Positions 32,219-41,764 of a DNA stretch of 64,000 bases are shown one piece after another. The position numbers and the translations under genes are program-made. The first letter of the stretch is position 1. Each line of letters opens with the position of its first letter. The stretch is from a bacterium (GTDB lineage: Bacteria; SM23-31). Where the stretch lies: assembly GCA_965249485.1 (NCBI GenBank), contig OZ252239.1, positions 1,824,001 to 1,888,000 of the forward strand, read 5' to 3'. Below the pieces are notes generated by a model. It worked only from the letters and a program-made list of their open reading frames with translations. It was not told where the DNA came from and ran no database searches.

Positions 32219-34663
32219 TTAGTTGTTCGACGTCTCCCGGATGATCCGGTCGTACACTTCGCGCGCCTTGTCATAGGTAGCTTCAGCGGCGGCTCGTTCT
32301 TCCTCACGAATCAAGGGATACTTCTTGGTCCAGCATTGATCCACGGCGCGCCGGCACCACTCGGCACTACGCTTCGAGGCACGTACCGGCTTACCATCTA
32401 CAAGCACAAAGATAGGATTCGTATGCGCACTGGGATAGATCCTCACTGCAATCCAACTCGATTGCTGAACAGGATAGGAGAACGATAGCTCATTCCACCC
32501 GCCGTCGGCGACTATTTCTTGTGTTTCCACAGAGATTCCGTTGACGATAAGCTCTACCGGAACCGTACGTGTTGCCCCAATACGAGCACGCTCAAGATGC
32601 CAGTAAGGCTGTTCATACATTTTCTTCGATGCGATACGTGCCCCGGTTTCGTTTTGCTCCAATGGGAGATAGGCGGCAGCCCTGGCGGTAATCCGAACCG
32701 GCTGCGCGCGCTCAAGGGACAGTTCGCTGCCGTGTGTGCCCAGCTCTCGATTGTTGATGGAAAAGTCGATGATGTGGGATCGTCCTTCGGAGACGTAGCT
32801 CCGTCCTGCACGGACTGTTTCCACGTAACTGTCGTAATCGAGTTTCTTCTCCTGCCAGGCATAACTGCGTGCCATCCCTACACGCTCGTCGAAAATGCAG
32901 GGGAAATCGGTCTCTCCGCTCAAACGTGTCCTGAATCCGGTATTGAGGGTGTGGTACCACATATTCAGCTCCCACGGTGCGGGTGTATCGCCGGCAGAGT
33001 AAAAGTCTACCGCATCCTGCGTGACCGTAACGATATATTCATTCGCGCCAATACCGTCCATTTTAGGCATCACATAGTTGGGGAGATCATCAGTGGGGGT
33101 CACCGGCTCTAATCCCCATCCGGAGTGGGCATATCCCACAACACCACCTTGCCCCTTTGCCCATTGCAAGACAGGCAGGGTCCAGCTGGGCCATTCTTCG
33201 ATAGTGGACGTGCCCGGATAGTCGTCTTCCTGTAATCGGAGAAGACAGACATGACCGGCGTGAGAGGATGGAAATCCCGAGACCTCCACATCGTAGCGCA
33301 TGATGTTCTGTCCGGTAGAAAGAGGATGCACCTTGCCTGTAAAGAACGTTTTCTGATGGTACCAGCAGGGCCCCCAGGTTAAAACACTGGCCACATTTAA
33401 ATCTTCGCCCAGAACCTGGCGCCACATGTGTTCCGGCCGTACACCTTCTTCGGGGCTTTCGTAATGGCTGCATCCAGCTGCGTGTACATGATGGTCGGCA
33501 CTATACCATCCGAGACCGGCCATATGAATCCATCGTTTCAGTTGAAACGAGACTTCATACGTTTCCACTTCAGGCGGAACAACGATTTGCTTCGTCTGAA
33601 GAATGTATTCCGGTCCCCGGGTAAAGGTTATATCATAGGTACCCGGCGGTAGCAATACATGCTCGCCATTGGTGCGGTAAACTTGAGGATGAAAGAAAAA
33701 ATCGGGATAGGTATCACTCGTTGCGACCCGACGTGAAGGCAGGGGATAGATACCTGTTAGCCGTTTAGCAGGTGTGAGAGCAGAAAATTTGTATTTTTCG
33801 TTTTCTTGAAAACCTGGGCTTCCAAGAGTATCATATTCTCTGCGAGCCAGACTTAACCGGTAATCGGATGGTAACTCCACGCCGTTTGTTATCCGCTCTA
33901 ACCCATCCGTAATCACAAACGAAGCCATTGCAGGCGCGCCGTCATCGTCTTTAACGTTGAAGATTACGCTCACTGAAGGACGGCAGTTAAACAGGATATC
34001 GATGGCATTACGAAATCCGATATCCTGGGAACCCTGGCCGATATGAAACCCTAAATTTGCCTCCCGCTGCCCTACGTCTTTGCTATAGATTTGTACGATA
34101 GCATACTCCAGTTTGAGTCCGGAGAGGTTGGGGAGAAGCGGCCGGTTTCGATACATCGAGACTTCCAAAAAGCGGTTGGCCACTTGTCCGGGCATGAGGA
34201 TATTTTCGGGCTTCACACGCGGTGAGTTCGTCGAGATATGGAGGGGCGGAAGTGCGTTGGTGCTCTCTGCTTGCAACCTCGCCGTGACGCCGGCCTGGTT
34301 ATGGACTTTGATCAGAAAACTCTTCCATCCTCCTTGAATCAACTCTGCTACACCAGGTCCACGTACTACCATGACGCGCCCTTCGGCACTGATATTCACC
34401 TGGGCAAGACAGTACGGATCCAGAATTTCCTGGATACGTCTCGTCGTCTCTTCGTTCAGGGCGTTGTTCTGCAGCGCCTTGAGACGTGCTGCATCTTCAG
34501 CGGATAACGCACTTCCTAAAAAAGAAAGCGCTTCGTCGAGTCTGAGGGCCTGTGCCAGTAAGGGCTGAGGTTCGACCCCGGACACATTGCGCAGGGATTG
34601 TGTATAGACCGTGCCCGGTACTAAAAAGCCTATGAGTATGATCCAGAGAGATAACTTCTTCAT
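32219..34663 (-). CDS. CehA/McbA-family (PHP-like) secreted metallohydrolase
   Basis: SADHHVH, GYAHSG, SGETDFP. Confidence 0.8.
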   Translation of the reverse strand: MKKLSLWIILIGFLVPGTVYTQSLRNVSGVEPQPLLAQALRLDEALSFLGSALSAEDAARLKALQNNALNEETTRRIQEILDPYCLAQVNISAEGRVMVVRGPGVAELIQGGWKSFLIKVHNQAGVTARLQAESTNALPPLHISTNSPRVKPENILMPGQVANRFLEVSMYRNRPLLPNLSGLKLEYAIVQIYSKDVGQREANLGFHIGQGSQDIGFRNAIDILFNCRPSVSVIFNVKDDDGAPAMASFVITDGLERITNGVELPSDYRLSLARREYDTLGSPGFQENEKYKFSALTPAKRLTGIYPLPSRRVATSDTYPDFFFHPQVYRTNGEHVLLPPGTYDITFTRGPEYILQTKQIVVPPEVETYEVSFQLKRWIHMAGLGWYSADHHVHAAGCSHYESPEEGVRPEHMWRQVLGEDLNVASVLTWGPCWYHQKTFFTGKVHPLSTGQNIMRYDVEVSGFPSSHAGHVCLLRLQEDDYPGTSTIEEWPSWTLPVLQWAKGQGGVVGYAHSGWGLEPVTPTDDLPNYVMPKMDGIGANEYIVTVTQDAVDFYSAGDTPAPWELNMWYHTLNTGFRTRLSGETDFPCIFDERVGMARSYAWQEKKLDYDSYVETVRAGRSYVSEGRSHIIDFSINNRELGTHGSELSLERAQPVRITARAAAYLPLEQNETGARIASKKMYEQPYWHLERARIGATRTVPVELIVNGISVETQEIVADGGWNELSFSYPVQQSSWIAVRIYPSAHTNPIFVLVDGKPVRASKRSAEWCRRAVDQCWTKKYPLIREEERAAAEATYDKAREVYDRIIRETSNN

Positions 34664-34909
34664 TGTTCATTCTCCTCCGTTAGATACATCTTTCCTCCAT
34701 ACATTGTGGAGTCCTTTAGATTACAAAACCACCCCTACGGTATAAATATGTTTATAAATGTAGGATGGTCTGTTTTAAAATGCAACAAATAATATAAAAT
34801 AGCGGGAGAGAACCGGTTAAAAGACAGAACTTTTCGGACTCATGTTAATTTTTCTCTTAATTCTTTTCATTGTTCTTTTTATTATTCTTTCTTGAAGATC
34901 TAAGTCCCC

Positions 34910-34933
34910 GGGCTGTGCGATGTGCGAACCTTT
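34910..34933 (+). repeat. Conserved inter-cassette site, copy 11
   Basis: GGGCTGTGCGATGTGCGAACCTTT. Confidence 0.9.
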
Positions 34934-35028
34934 GAGGTTAAATGCATTCGATAGTACAACCTACTTTTATAAGAGAATTGATATTAATGCCTGATGCTTA
35001 CATTACACCAGTATTACGTTAATAAAGC

Positions 35029-35688
35029 TCATCCTGATTGTAGTGCTTTTAAATATGTTAATGAATAGATGTGTTGCAAAATAAACAGCGGAACTGCAAA
35101 CATAGGGATCAGAAGAATTGTTAATCCTGCAGTTGCTTCAGGAACGATAACAAAAATCCCTAAGGGAAGAACTATTAGAAAATCCAGAATCCCAACGCTG
35201 TTTGCTGTGATTACCTGCCACTGTTTTACGCCAAATCGCACAATAAGAAAAAATGCAGCTAAACCTGCAATTCCTGCTGCAATATCTCCAAATCCAGCAA
35301 TATCCCTAAACCAGGATAGCAGTTCACTGATCAATGCTTCTGCCAAAATTACTACACCAAAAACTATACGAAGCGCCTGTAATTTCATATAATGTGCCTG
35401 GGGGATAACCATAACGACTTCTTTGTAGGGTTTCCATAGAAGCAAAAGAACTCCTAGAATTACAGGAACGCTTATCCCTAGCAACAACTCCTTTGTAAAC
35501 ACTCCCACTTTAAAGTTAAGAATAGTTATCCCTGATAACCAAAGAAGCAATATAGTACCAACTACAAAAACAGGCATTAAACCCCTTTTGGTCTCTTTGA
35601 GTGCACGAGCTAAAACAATAGTGATACATCCAATAAAAATTAACTCTAAAAGAAGAATTGAGATAATATATATAGTTATACCATTCAT
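35029..35688 (-). CDS. Polytopic membrane protein
   Basis: About 7 hydrophobic segments. Q..R..G and AG.GD motifs. Confidence 0.7.
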   Translation of the reverse strand: MNGITIYIISILLLELIFIGCITIVLARALKETKRGLMPVFVVGTILLLWLSGITILNFKVGVFTKELLLGISVPVILGVLLLLWKPYKEVVMVIPQAHYMKLQALRIVFGVVILAEALISELLSWFRDIAGFGDIAAGIAGLAAFFLIVRFGVKQWQVITANSVGILDFLIVLPLGIFVIVPEATAGLTILLIPMFAVPLFILQHIYSLTYLKALQSG

Positions 35689-35763
35689 AATAGCATCCTT
35701 TAAGTATTATGTATTCGAATTTGCTATTTACTTGCGAATGGTTATGCCTCCGCTCACTTCGAC

Positions 35764-36861
35764 TTAGGAGCCTCCGAAATTTGGTTGAAGCAAAAGCTGC
35801 TGCTTCTCTGCCGATTCCCGCCACTCGCGGCTGTCGTGCGCGAGTACAGGTTTCTCCAACATCGGATGACCGCGCTCCCGTTCCCAGCGATCCAAATCAG
35901 GCGCGCGGGTCAGCATCATCTTGACCATGAAGGCAAGAGCTCCAAGCTTTGTACCCACCCGCAGGCCGGGTACGATCAGATCAGGATTGGCGATGTATCG
36001 TCGAGCAATCGTCTCGAAAGATTCCGGTGGCCTTCCGCAGATCTCTTGAACGTGATCGGTCGGCGCTCCAACCGCAAACGTACCACCACGAAGCTCCTCG
36101 AAGTAGAAACGAATATGGGCGATCTCGAAGGCCTTCAATCCCTGTGCCGTTGCTGCCTTGAGAAGCATCTTGGGAGGCACGTCCTTGTATTTGACCTTAC
36201 GACCGATTACGTCAGTGAGAACGTCGGCAACGTCGTGCGGCGAAATGAGCTTTGGTCCCGTCGGACGGTAACACTTGCCAATATGAGCAGAGGGTTCAGC
36301 GAGCGCTTCTGCAGCCACACTGCCAACGTCCTCGCTAGAGGGTGGAGCGTTGAGCCCATCACCCCATGGACCAACGAGCATACCAAAGTGCGCGATCGCG
36401 GGCAGACCAAACAAATAGGTAAACGCAAAGAGAACGGGGTTGACGTAGATGACATCGACTTTCGGCATCCATCGGTAAATGTTATTTGCGATCCAGTGCT
36501 CGCGGGTTAGAAGGACTGGGTGGGCTGGATGTGGATTCCAGCCACTCATCAGGGCCACGACTTCCAGTTTTGCCTCTTCCGCTGCGAGTGCGAAAAGCAT
36601 CGTTCCATGAAGGAGGTTGGGGGCCATTGGCGAACAATGGTAGGCACGCTGGACATCGACAAGCGCGCTTCGCAGATCACTCAGATCAAACAGGTTACCA
36701 ACAAAGATCTCAGCACCCGCTTTGCGCAAGGTCTCTGAGCGAATGTCATTTCGCCGTACGAAGGCGCGGACAGGAAATCCCTTCTGTAGAAGCTCCAATA
36801 CTGCGATAGATCCTGTTCGGCCTGCCGCCGATGTGACGAGAATTCTGGGTTTGCTCGCCAT
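35764..36861 (-). CDS. NmrA-like NAD(P)-binding protein
   Basis: ILVTSAAGRTG Rossmann motif, VRAFVR, DV, TGP. GC-rich. Confidence 0.85.
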   Translation of the reverse strand: MASKPRILVTSAAGRTGSIAVLELLQKGFPVRAFVRRNDIRSETLRKAGAEIFVGNLFDLSDLRSALVDVQRAYHCSPMAPNLLHGTMLFALAAEEAKLEVVALMSGWNPHPAHPVLLTREHWIANNIYRWMPKVDVIYVNPVLFAFTYLFGLPAIAHFGMLVGPWGDGLNAPPSSEDVGSVAAEALAEPSAHIGKCYRPTGPKLISPHDVADVLTDVIGRKVKYKDVPPKMLLKAATAQGLKAFEIAHIRFYFEELRGGTFAVGAPTDHVQEICGRPPESFETIARRYIANPDLIVPGLRVGTKLGALAFMVKMMLTRAPDLDRWERERGHPMLEKPVLAHDSREWRESAEKQQLLLQPNFGGS

Positions 36862-37046
36862 GATTGCTCTCCTTTATCTAATTTGGTGTTACGTTTTACG
36901 GTATTAACAGTCAGTAATTATGAGATTGAAAAGTTATACGGCAGAAGAATAATATTCAAACAAATTGTACGTCGTCAGAATATGTTGGAGTGATTTGATT
37001 AAAGTTTAGAGATGCTGTTAGCTTTTACAAGTCTATTTTGTTACTT

Positions 37047-37070
37047 GGGCTGTACGATTTGTGAAGCTTT
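37047..37070 (+). repeat. Conserved inter-cassette site, copy 12
   Basis: GGGCTGTACGATTTGTGAAGCTTT. Confidence 0.85.
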
Positions 37071-37117
37071 AATGTATGTTTTATATTTTAATTTTCCAGT
37101 TACCGAACAGCAGAAAA

Positions 37118-38116
37118 TTACTGCCTGAGAGCTACCCATAGCTTTGCCGTAGCATCCCTGCTTCCCGATACGAGGTAGTTCCCGTCAGGGCTGAACGCAA
37201 CACTGGTAACCCAATCAGAATGCCCTTCAAGCGTCTGCACTTCTCTGAATTCACCGTCCGATAGCTGCCAGATCATTACCGTATCATCCCTACCTCCCGA
37301 TGCAAGGTAGTTCCCGTCCAGGCTGAATGAAACACTTCTAAGAGATCTAGCATGACCTTCCAGCGTTTGAAATTCGACGAATTTACCCCCGGAAAGCTGC
37401 CATAGACTTATCGTAGCATCCCAATTTCCCGATGCAAGGTTGTTACCATCCGGGCTGAACGCAACACTGGTAACCCAAGCAGAGTGACCTTCCAGTGTCT
37501 GTACTTCACTGAATTCACTGCCGGAGAGCTGCCAGAGCTTTATCGTAGCATCCCTGCTTCCCGATGCGAGATAATTCCCATCCGGACTGAACGCGACACC
37601 AGTAACATAACCTGAATGCTCCTCAAGTGTCTGCACCTCACTGAATGTATCCCAGGAGAGTTGCCAGAGCTTTACCGTAGTATCAAAACTTCCTGATGCG
37701 AGATAGTTCCCGTCCGGACTATACGCAACATACGTAACAGTTCCAGAATGGTCATCCAGCGTCTGTACTTCACTGAATTTGCCGTCCGAGAGCTGCCAGA
37801 GCTTTACTGTGGTATCCTCACTCCCTGATGCGAGGTAGTTTCCGTCCGGGCTGAATGCGACAGTGACAACATAATGAGAATGCCCTTCAAGTGTTTGTAC
37901 CTCACTGAATTTACCACTTGAGAGCTTCCAAATTTTTATTGTTTTATCTGCACTTCCCGATGCGAGGTAGTTTCCGTCAGGGCTGAACGCAACACTTCCA
38001 ATTTCTCCAGAATGACCTTCCAGCGTCTGTAATTCGACGGTCCTGAACTCCTGGGCAATCTGAGTGTTCGTGAAACTGCATGATACTAAGTACACCGGTA
38101 AAAATAATTTGAACAT
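37118..38116 (-). CDS. WD40 repeat protein with 7 highly similar 44-aa repeats, possible lipoprotein
   Basis: TLEGH...VAFSPDGNYLASGS.D.T.KLW x7. LVSC near the N-terminus. Confidence 0.9.
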   Translation of the reverse strand: MFKLFLPVYLVSCSFTNTQIAQEFRTVELQTLEGHSGEIGSVAFSPDGNYLASGSADKTIKIWKLSSGKFSEVQTLEGHSHYVVTVAFSPDGNYLASGSEDTTVKLWQLSDGKFSEVQTLDDHSGTVTYVAYSPDGNYLASGSFDTTVKLWQLSWDTFSEVQTLEEHSGYVTGVAFSPDGNYLASGSRDATIKLWQLSGSEFSEVQTLEGHSAWVTSVAFSPDGNNLASGNWDATISLWQLSGGKFVEFQTLEGHARSLRSVSFSLDGNYLASGGRDDTVMIWQLSDGEFREVQTLEGHSDWVTSVAFSPDGNYLVSGSRDATAKLWVALRQ

Positions 38117-38208
38117 ACAGATCCGCATTGTTTCCACTATTAATCTCCTTAATCTCAATAATACATATTAAAGAATGCATTGTGTTATTACAAGTGATTC
38201 TGCTCCCC

Positions 38209-38225
38209 GGGCTGTACGATTTGCG
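38209..38225 (+). repeat. Conserved inter-cassette site, copy 13 (right arm truncated)
   Basis: CTGCTCCCC-GGGCTGTACGATTTGCG, then diverges. Confidence 0.8.
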
Positions 38226-38330
38226 TGGGTTTTTGCTGGAGATTTTCTATTTAAAATGCACGACAATATTAGAATTGTATACAATTGACCAAACATTAAG
38301 GGCAGGTCATCTGTTCAATTGACATTACTA

Positions 38331-40016
38331 TCATATAATCCGGAAATCTGCCCGGACTTCGGGGCTTTCGACGTATCCAAGACGGTGTGCCCGTGCTCTG
38401 AGTGTGGTGCTCGTGGTCAGCTCGATCTTATCGGAGTAGAGGAGCCAGTGAGGGTCTTCTCCTGATTCAGTCGTGTATGCTATCGAAGCGCCCTCGGTCG
38501 GACAGGATATGTACACGGTTTCAGAACCTTGGGACGTGGCTCCACCCGGACTGATCGTTGGTTTTTCGGTTACGTATTGAATACCGCCAGGCTCAAACCT
38601 TTCGATGAGCTCTTCTTCGGGAATATGTCCGAGATCGTTGATCTCTTCCATCCACGTATCAAGAATGCTACCCATACGCTTAAGAACATCTTTATATTTT
38701 GGATCATCGGCAAGGTTGTTGATTTCATGGGGGTCAGCCTGTATGTCGTATAGTTCTTCGACGGGTTTGGTTTCCTGAAAGAACAGTTTCTGCGGTCCCT
38801 CGAGCTTGCCTTCGGCCGCAAGGCGCCGCCATTCCTGCATGGTCGGCATTGTATCCATGTACTCTATATGCTGAGCATAGGGTTTTTCGGGTTGAAAATT
38901 CTTGATGTATTTGAACCGTTTATCCCGCACACAACGGATCATATCATACCTTTCACCCATACGATCACGGTGCGCAAAAACATAATCGCGCGGCTCGGCT
39001 TTCTGTTCTCCGATGAACGGCTGTCCATGCATATATGAAGGAACCTGCACACCCGCAATCGAAAGTACAGCAGGACCAAAGTCAATAGAACTTACGAGCT
39101 CGTCGGAGACAGTGCCGGGTTTGATGACACCGGGCCACCGGATTATCAGGGGAACATGGATCCCTGAATCGTAAACCCAGCGTTTTCCACGAGGCAGCCC
39201 CCGCCCGTGGTCACTCCAGATAAAGACAACCGTGTTCTCAGCAAGACCGTCCCGCTCAAGCCGGGCAAGGAGCTCGCCAACCTGCGTGTCCACTGTTACG
39301 ATATTGTCGAGATACCGCGCCCAGTCCTTGCGAACTACCGGCGTATCGGGGTAATACGGGGGAAGGGTTACGCTGTCCGGGTCTATTATGGGATCGTAAT
39401 CACGTTTTCTGCGAATTTCGCCTTCATGGGTTACGCTATGATTAATGACACTGAAGAACGGCTGGCCCACCGCTCTTCCTTCCCAATCGCCAGGAATGGA
39501 TTCATTTATATACCAGCTGCGGTCTTCATCCCTGTTAGCATCCCACGCTGTCAGTGGTGCCATGAATTGGTGATCTGTTTTAGATCTATTCGTGCAGTAA
39601 TACCCTGCCGCGCGTAAATATTCGGTAAAACACTTTACATACGGCGGAGGAACGGTTTCATAATCAATGTGCCGCATGGCTTTTGGATAGACATGTCTCG
39701 TCGGCATGTGCATTGATCCGATCGACGGGGGATACATGCCTGTAATTATTCCTGACCGGTTGGGTGAACACACAGGAGTAACGGTAAACGCGTTGGTAAA
39801 GGTAACACCTTCTCCCGCGAACCGGTCAATATTTGGAGTGGAGAGTTCGTTATTCCCGTAGCATCCGAGGTCCGGGCTTATGTCTTCGATACTAATCCAG
39901 AGTATATTGGGTCTATTCTGTTCAATCTTTTTAATCGTGCACCGGGGCAGAGCCATCGTTGCTAACCCCGCACCCATTAATTCCATAAATTCCCGGCGTT
40001 TTATCGTGGGCAGCAT
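38331..40016 (-). CDS. Tat-exported FGly-dependent sulfatase with C-terminal FN3-associated domain
   Basis: RREF, CSPNR, SDHG. Confidence 0.9.
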   Translation of the reverse strand: MLPTIKRREFMELMGAGLATMALPRCTIKKIEQNRPNILWISIEDISPDLGCYGNNELSTPNIDRFAGEGVTFTNAFTVTPVCSPNRSGIITGMYPPSIGSMHMPTRHVYPKAMRHIDYETVPPPYVKCFTEYLRAAGYYCTNRSKTDHQFMAPLTAWDANRDEDRSWYINESIPGDWEGRAVGQPFFSVINHSVTHEGEIRRKRDYDPIIDPDSVTLPPYYPDTPVVRKDWARYLDNIVTVDTQVGELLARLERDGLAENTVVFIWSDHGRGLPRGKRWVYDSGIHVPLIIRWPGVIKPGTVSDELVSSIDFGPAVLSIAGVQVPSYMHGQPFIGEQKAEPRDYVFAHRDRMGERYDMIRCVRDKRFKYIKNFQPEKPYAQHIEYMDTMPTMQEWRRLAAEGKLEGPQKLFFQETKPVEELYDIQADPHEINNLADDPKYKDVLKRMGSILDTWMEEINDLGHIPEEELIERFEPGGIQYVTEKPTISPGGATSQGSETVYISCPTEGASIAYTTESGEDPHWLLYSDKIELTTSTTLRARAHRLGYVESPEVRADFRII

Positions 40017-40422
40017 CGTTATACTCCTTATTTATTATAAACTGATATTTTCTCAATCAAACTTCTGAAAAAGATTAATAGGGATTTTGTTGAATTACGA
40101 GGCCAATGTGAATTGTGATGTGTGTTGTCAGATATCTCGGACGCTATGATTCAAATATCTATAAATCCTTGAGCAATAACAAGATTTATATTCCATCTCA
40201 AAGATTATATACTCTCCTATAAGCCGTCATTCCATATAATTGATCGTCTGCCTGTACACAGACAACGATTCAAACCTTAAAAATATCATTTCCTTGTTAA
40301 GCATGATATTGAAGGTCATAAAAGTATCCGGTACAATTTTAATATAAATTCTATTTATTAATACAAAATTTATTTAGATATTCATTTTGTAATTTCTAAC
40401 ATAAAATAGAAAAGGATTACCA

Positions 40423-41535
40423 ATGCATCCTAAACTAAATGATGAAAATAAACAATATGAGAAACAGTATAAATCGTTCTTTGAGAAATTCTTCGATAAT
40501 TTAATAAATGAGTTCTTCAAATATACAGGATATAGAGATGAAGAAGATATCTCTATAAATGATTTGCCAATATATTATTTCATTAAATCTTTACCATGCC
40601 AGATATATGTTAAACGAATAAAAATTGATAAAGAAATGAATGACGATGCAAAAAGTGAAGTTTACTTTATTATAAAATATGATTTTACAAAATTAGGAAA
40701 ATTAGAATTTAGATATTTTGGTGAAACTAGTATAAATGACTTACACAAGTGTTCTGAATTAAAGAATGAATATTATCTTGACTCTGAACAAATTGAAAGA
40801 ATAAAAAAACTAAATTATAGTTCATGCTATGGTTTTGATCCTTGGATATGGATAAGCATTTTACATTATGATTTATTGAAAGACTATCAATGTTATACCA
40901 ATGATTTTCTGTTTAATCTACGTTATAATTTTAGGAAAGTTATTTTTGAGAAGTTTGACAAAACACCAGATTTTAATTCCGAATACAATCTTAAACCAGA
41001 TAGAATGTACACAAAAAATCAATTGCTTAAAAAATGTGGACCTCTTAACTCCTTTGGCAAGATCAACAAAAATGGAAGAATAGGTAAAATTACTTTTAGA
41101 GACTTGCAACAAAATGTTTCTAACATTCAATTAATTCCTACAGTCTCTAAAGATGTTAAAAAAGTATTTAAAGCTGCAAAGAAATTATATATGTTTGGCT
41201 ACTTCGACTATTTTTTCTTTACTATATCGCAACATTATGCATATTTAGCATTAGAATCTGCATTAGCGAACAAGTATGAAGAATTATTTGGCGAAACCAA
41301 AGATTATTTGAATTTCTATAATTATATTGAAGAATTTGTAAAGAGAGGGATTATTCCAAAACGAGAAGAACCACATTACCATGCTGCGCGAAGATTGAGA
41401 AATTCTCTATCACATTTAAAAGAACCTGCAACATGGTTACCTGATAGTGAGACACTTAGTTGGGTTGCTTCAAAAATAAACCAATTGTATCATAAAGAAT
41501 TTAAGATAAAAAATGAACATATAATCAAAAGTTAG
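40423..41535 (+). CDS. AT-rich hypothetical protein with C-terminal HEPN-like motif
   Basis: LALE...RRLRNSLSH (R-x4-H). Confidence 0.6.
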   Translation: MHPKLNDENKQYEKQYKSFFEKFFDNLINEFFKYTGYRDEEDISINDLPIYYFIKSLPCQIYVKRIKIDKEMNDDAKSEVYFIIKYDFTKLGKLEFRYFGETSINDLHKCSELKNEYYLDSEQIERIKKLNYSSCYGFDPWIWISILHYDLLKDYQCYTNDFLFNLRYNFRKVIFEKFDKTPDFNSEYNLKPDRMYTKNQLLKKCGPLNSFGKINKNGRIGKITFRDLQQNVSNIQLIPTVSKDVKKVFKAAKKLYMFGYFDYFFFTISQHYAYLALESALANKYEELFGETKDYLNFYNYIEEFVKRGIIPKREEPHYHAARRLRNSLSHLKEPATWLPDSETLSWVASKINQLYHKEFKIKNEHIIKS

Positions 41536-41764
41536 AAATAGATTTAAAGATTTTAAATGATGAATGGGGATTTAACAGATGGAGAAGTTTTTAATAAATG
41601 GATAGAAGGATTGATGCAGAGAAAATACTGGGCAATTCCGATCAATGCAAGTTGATGTTGTAAGTCGAGTGAAAAATGTTATGTAAAAATTTGGAGTGGA
41701 AGTCGATTTGGTTGTGTGGGAAGTTATAGAGAAGATTATTTGAGGTATAGCTGATAAATTATAT

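Noticed and set aside
37118..38116. Diversity-generating retroelement TR/VR pair in the WD40 repeats or duplicated genes
   Set aside because: No reverse transcriptase, and the differences are not visibly adenine-specific.
1397..38225. CRISPR array or classical integron attC interpretation of the repeats
   Set aside because: Spacing is kilobases, there are no cas genes, no GTTRRRY-bounded long palindromes, and the integrase looks phage-type rather than IntI.
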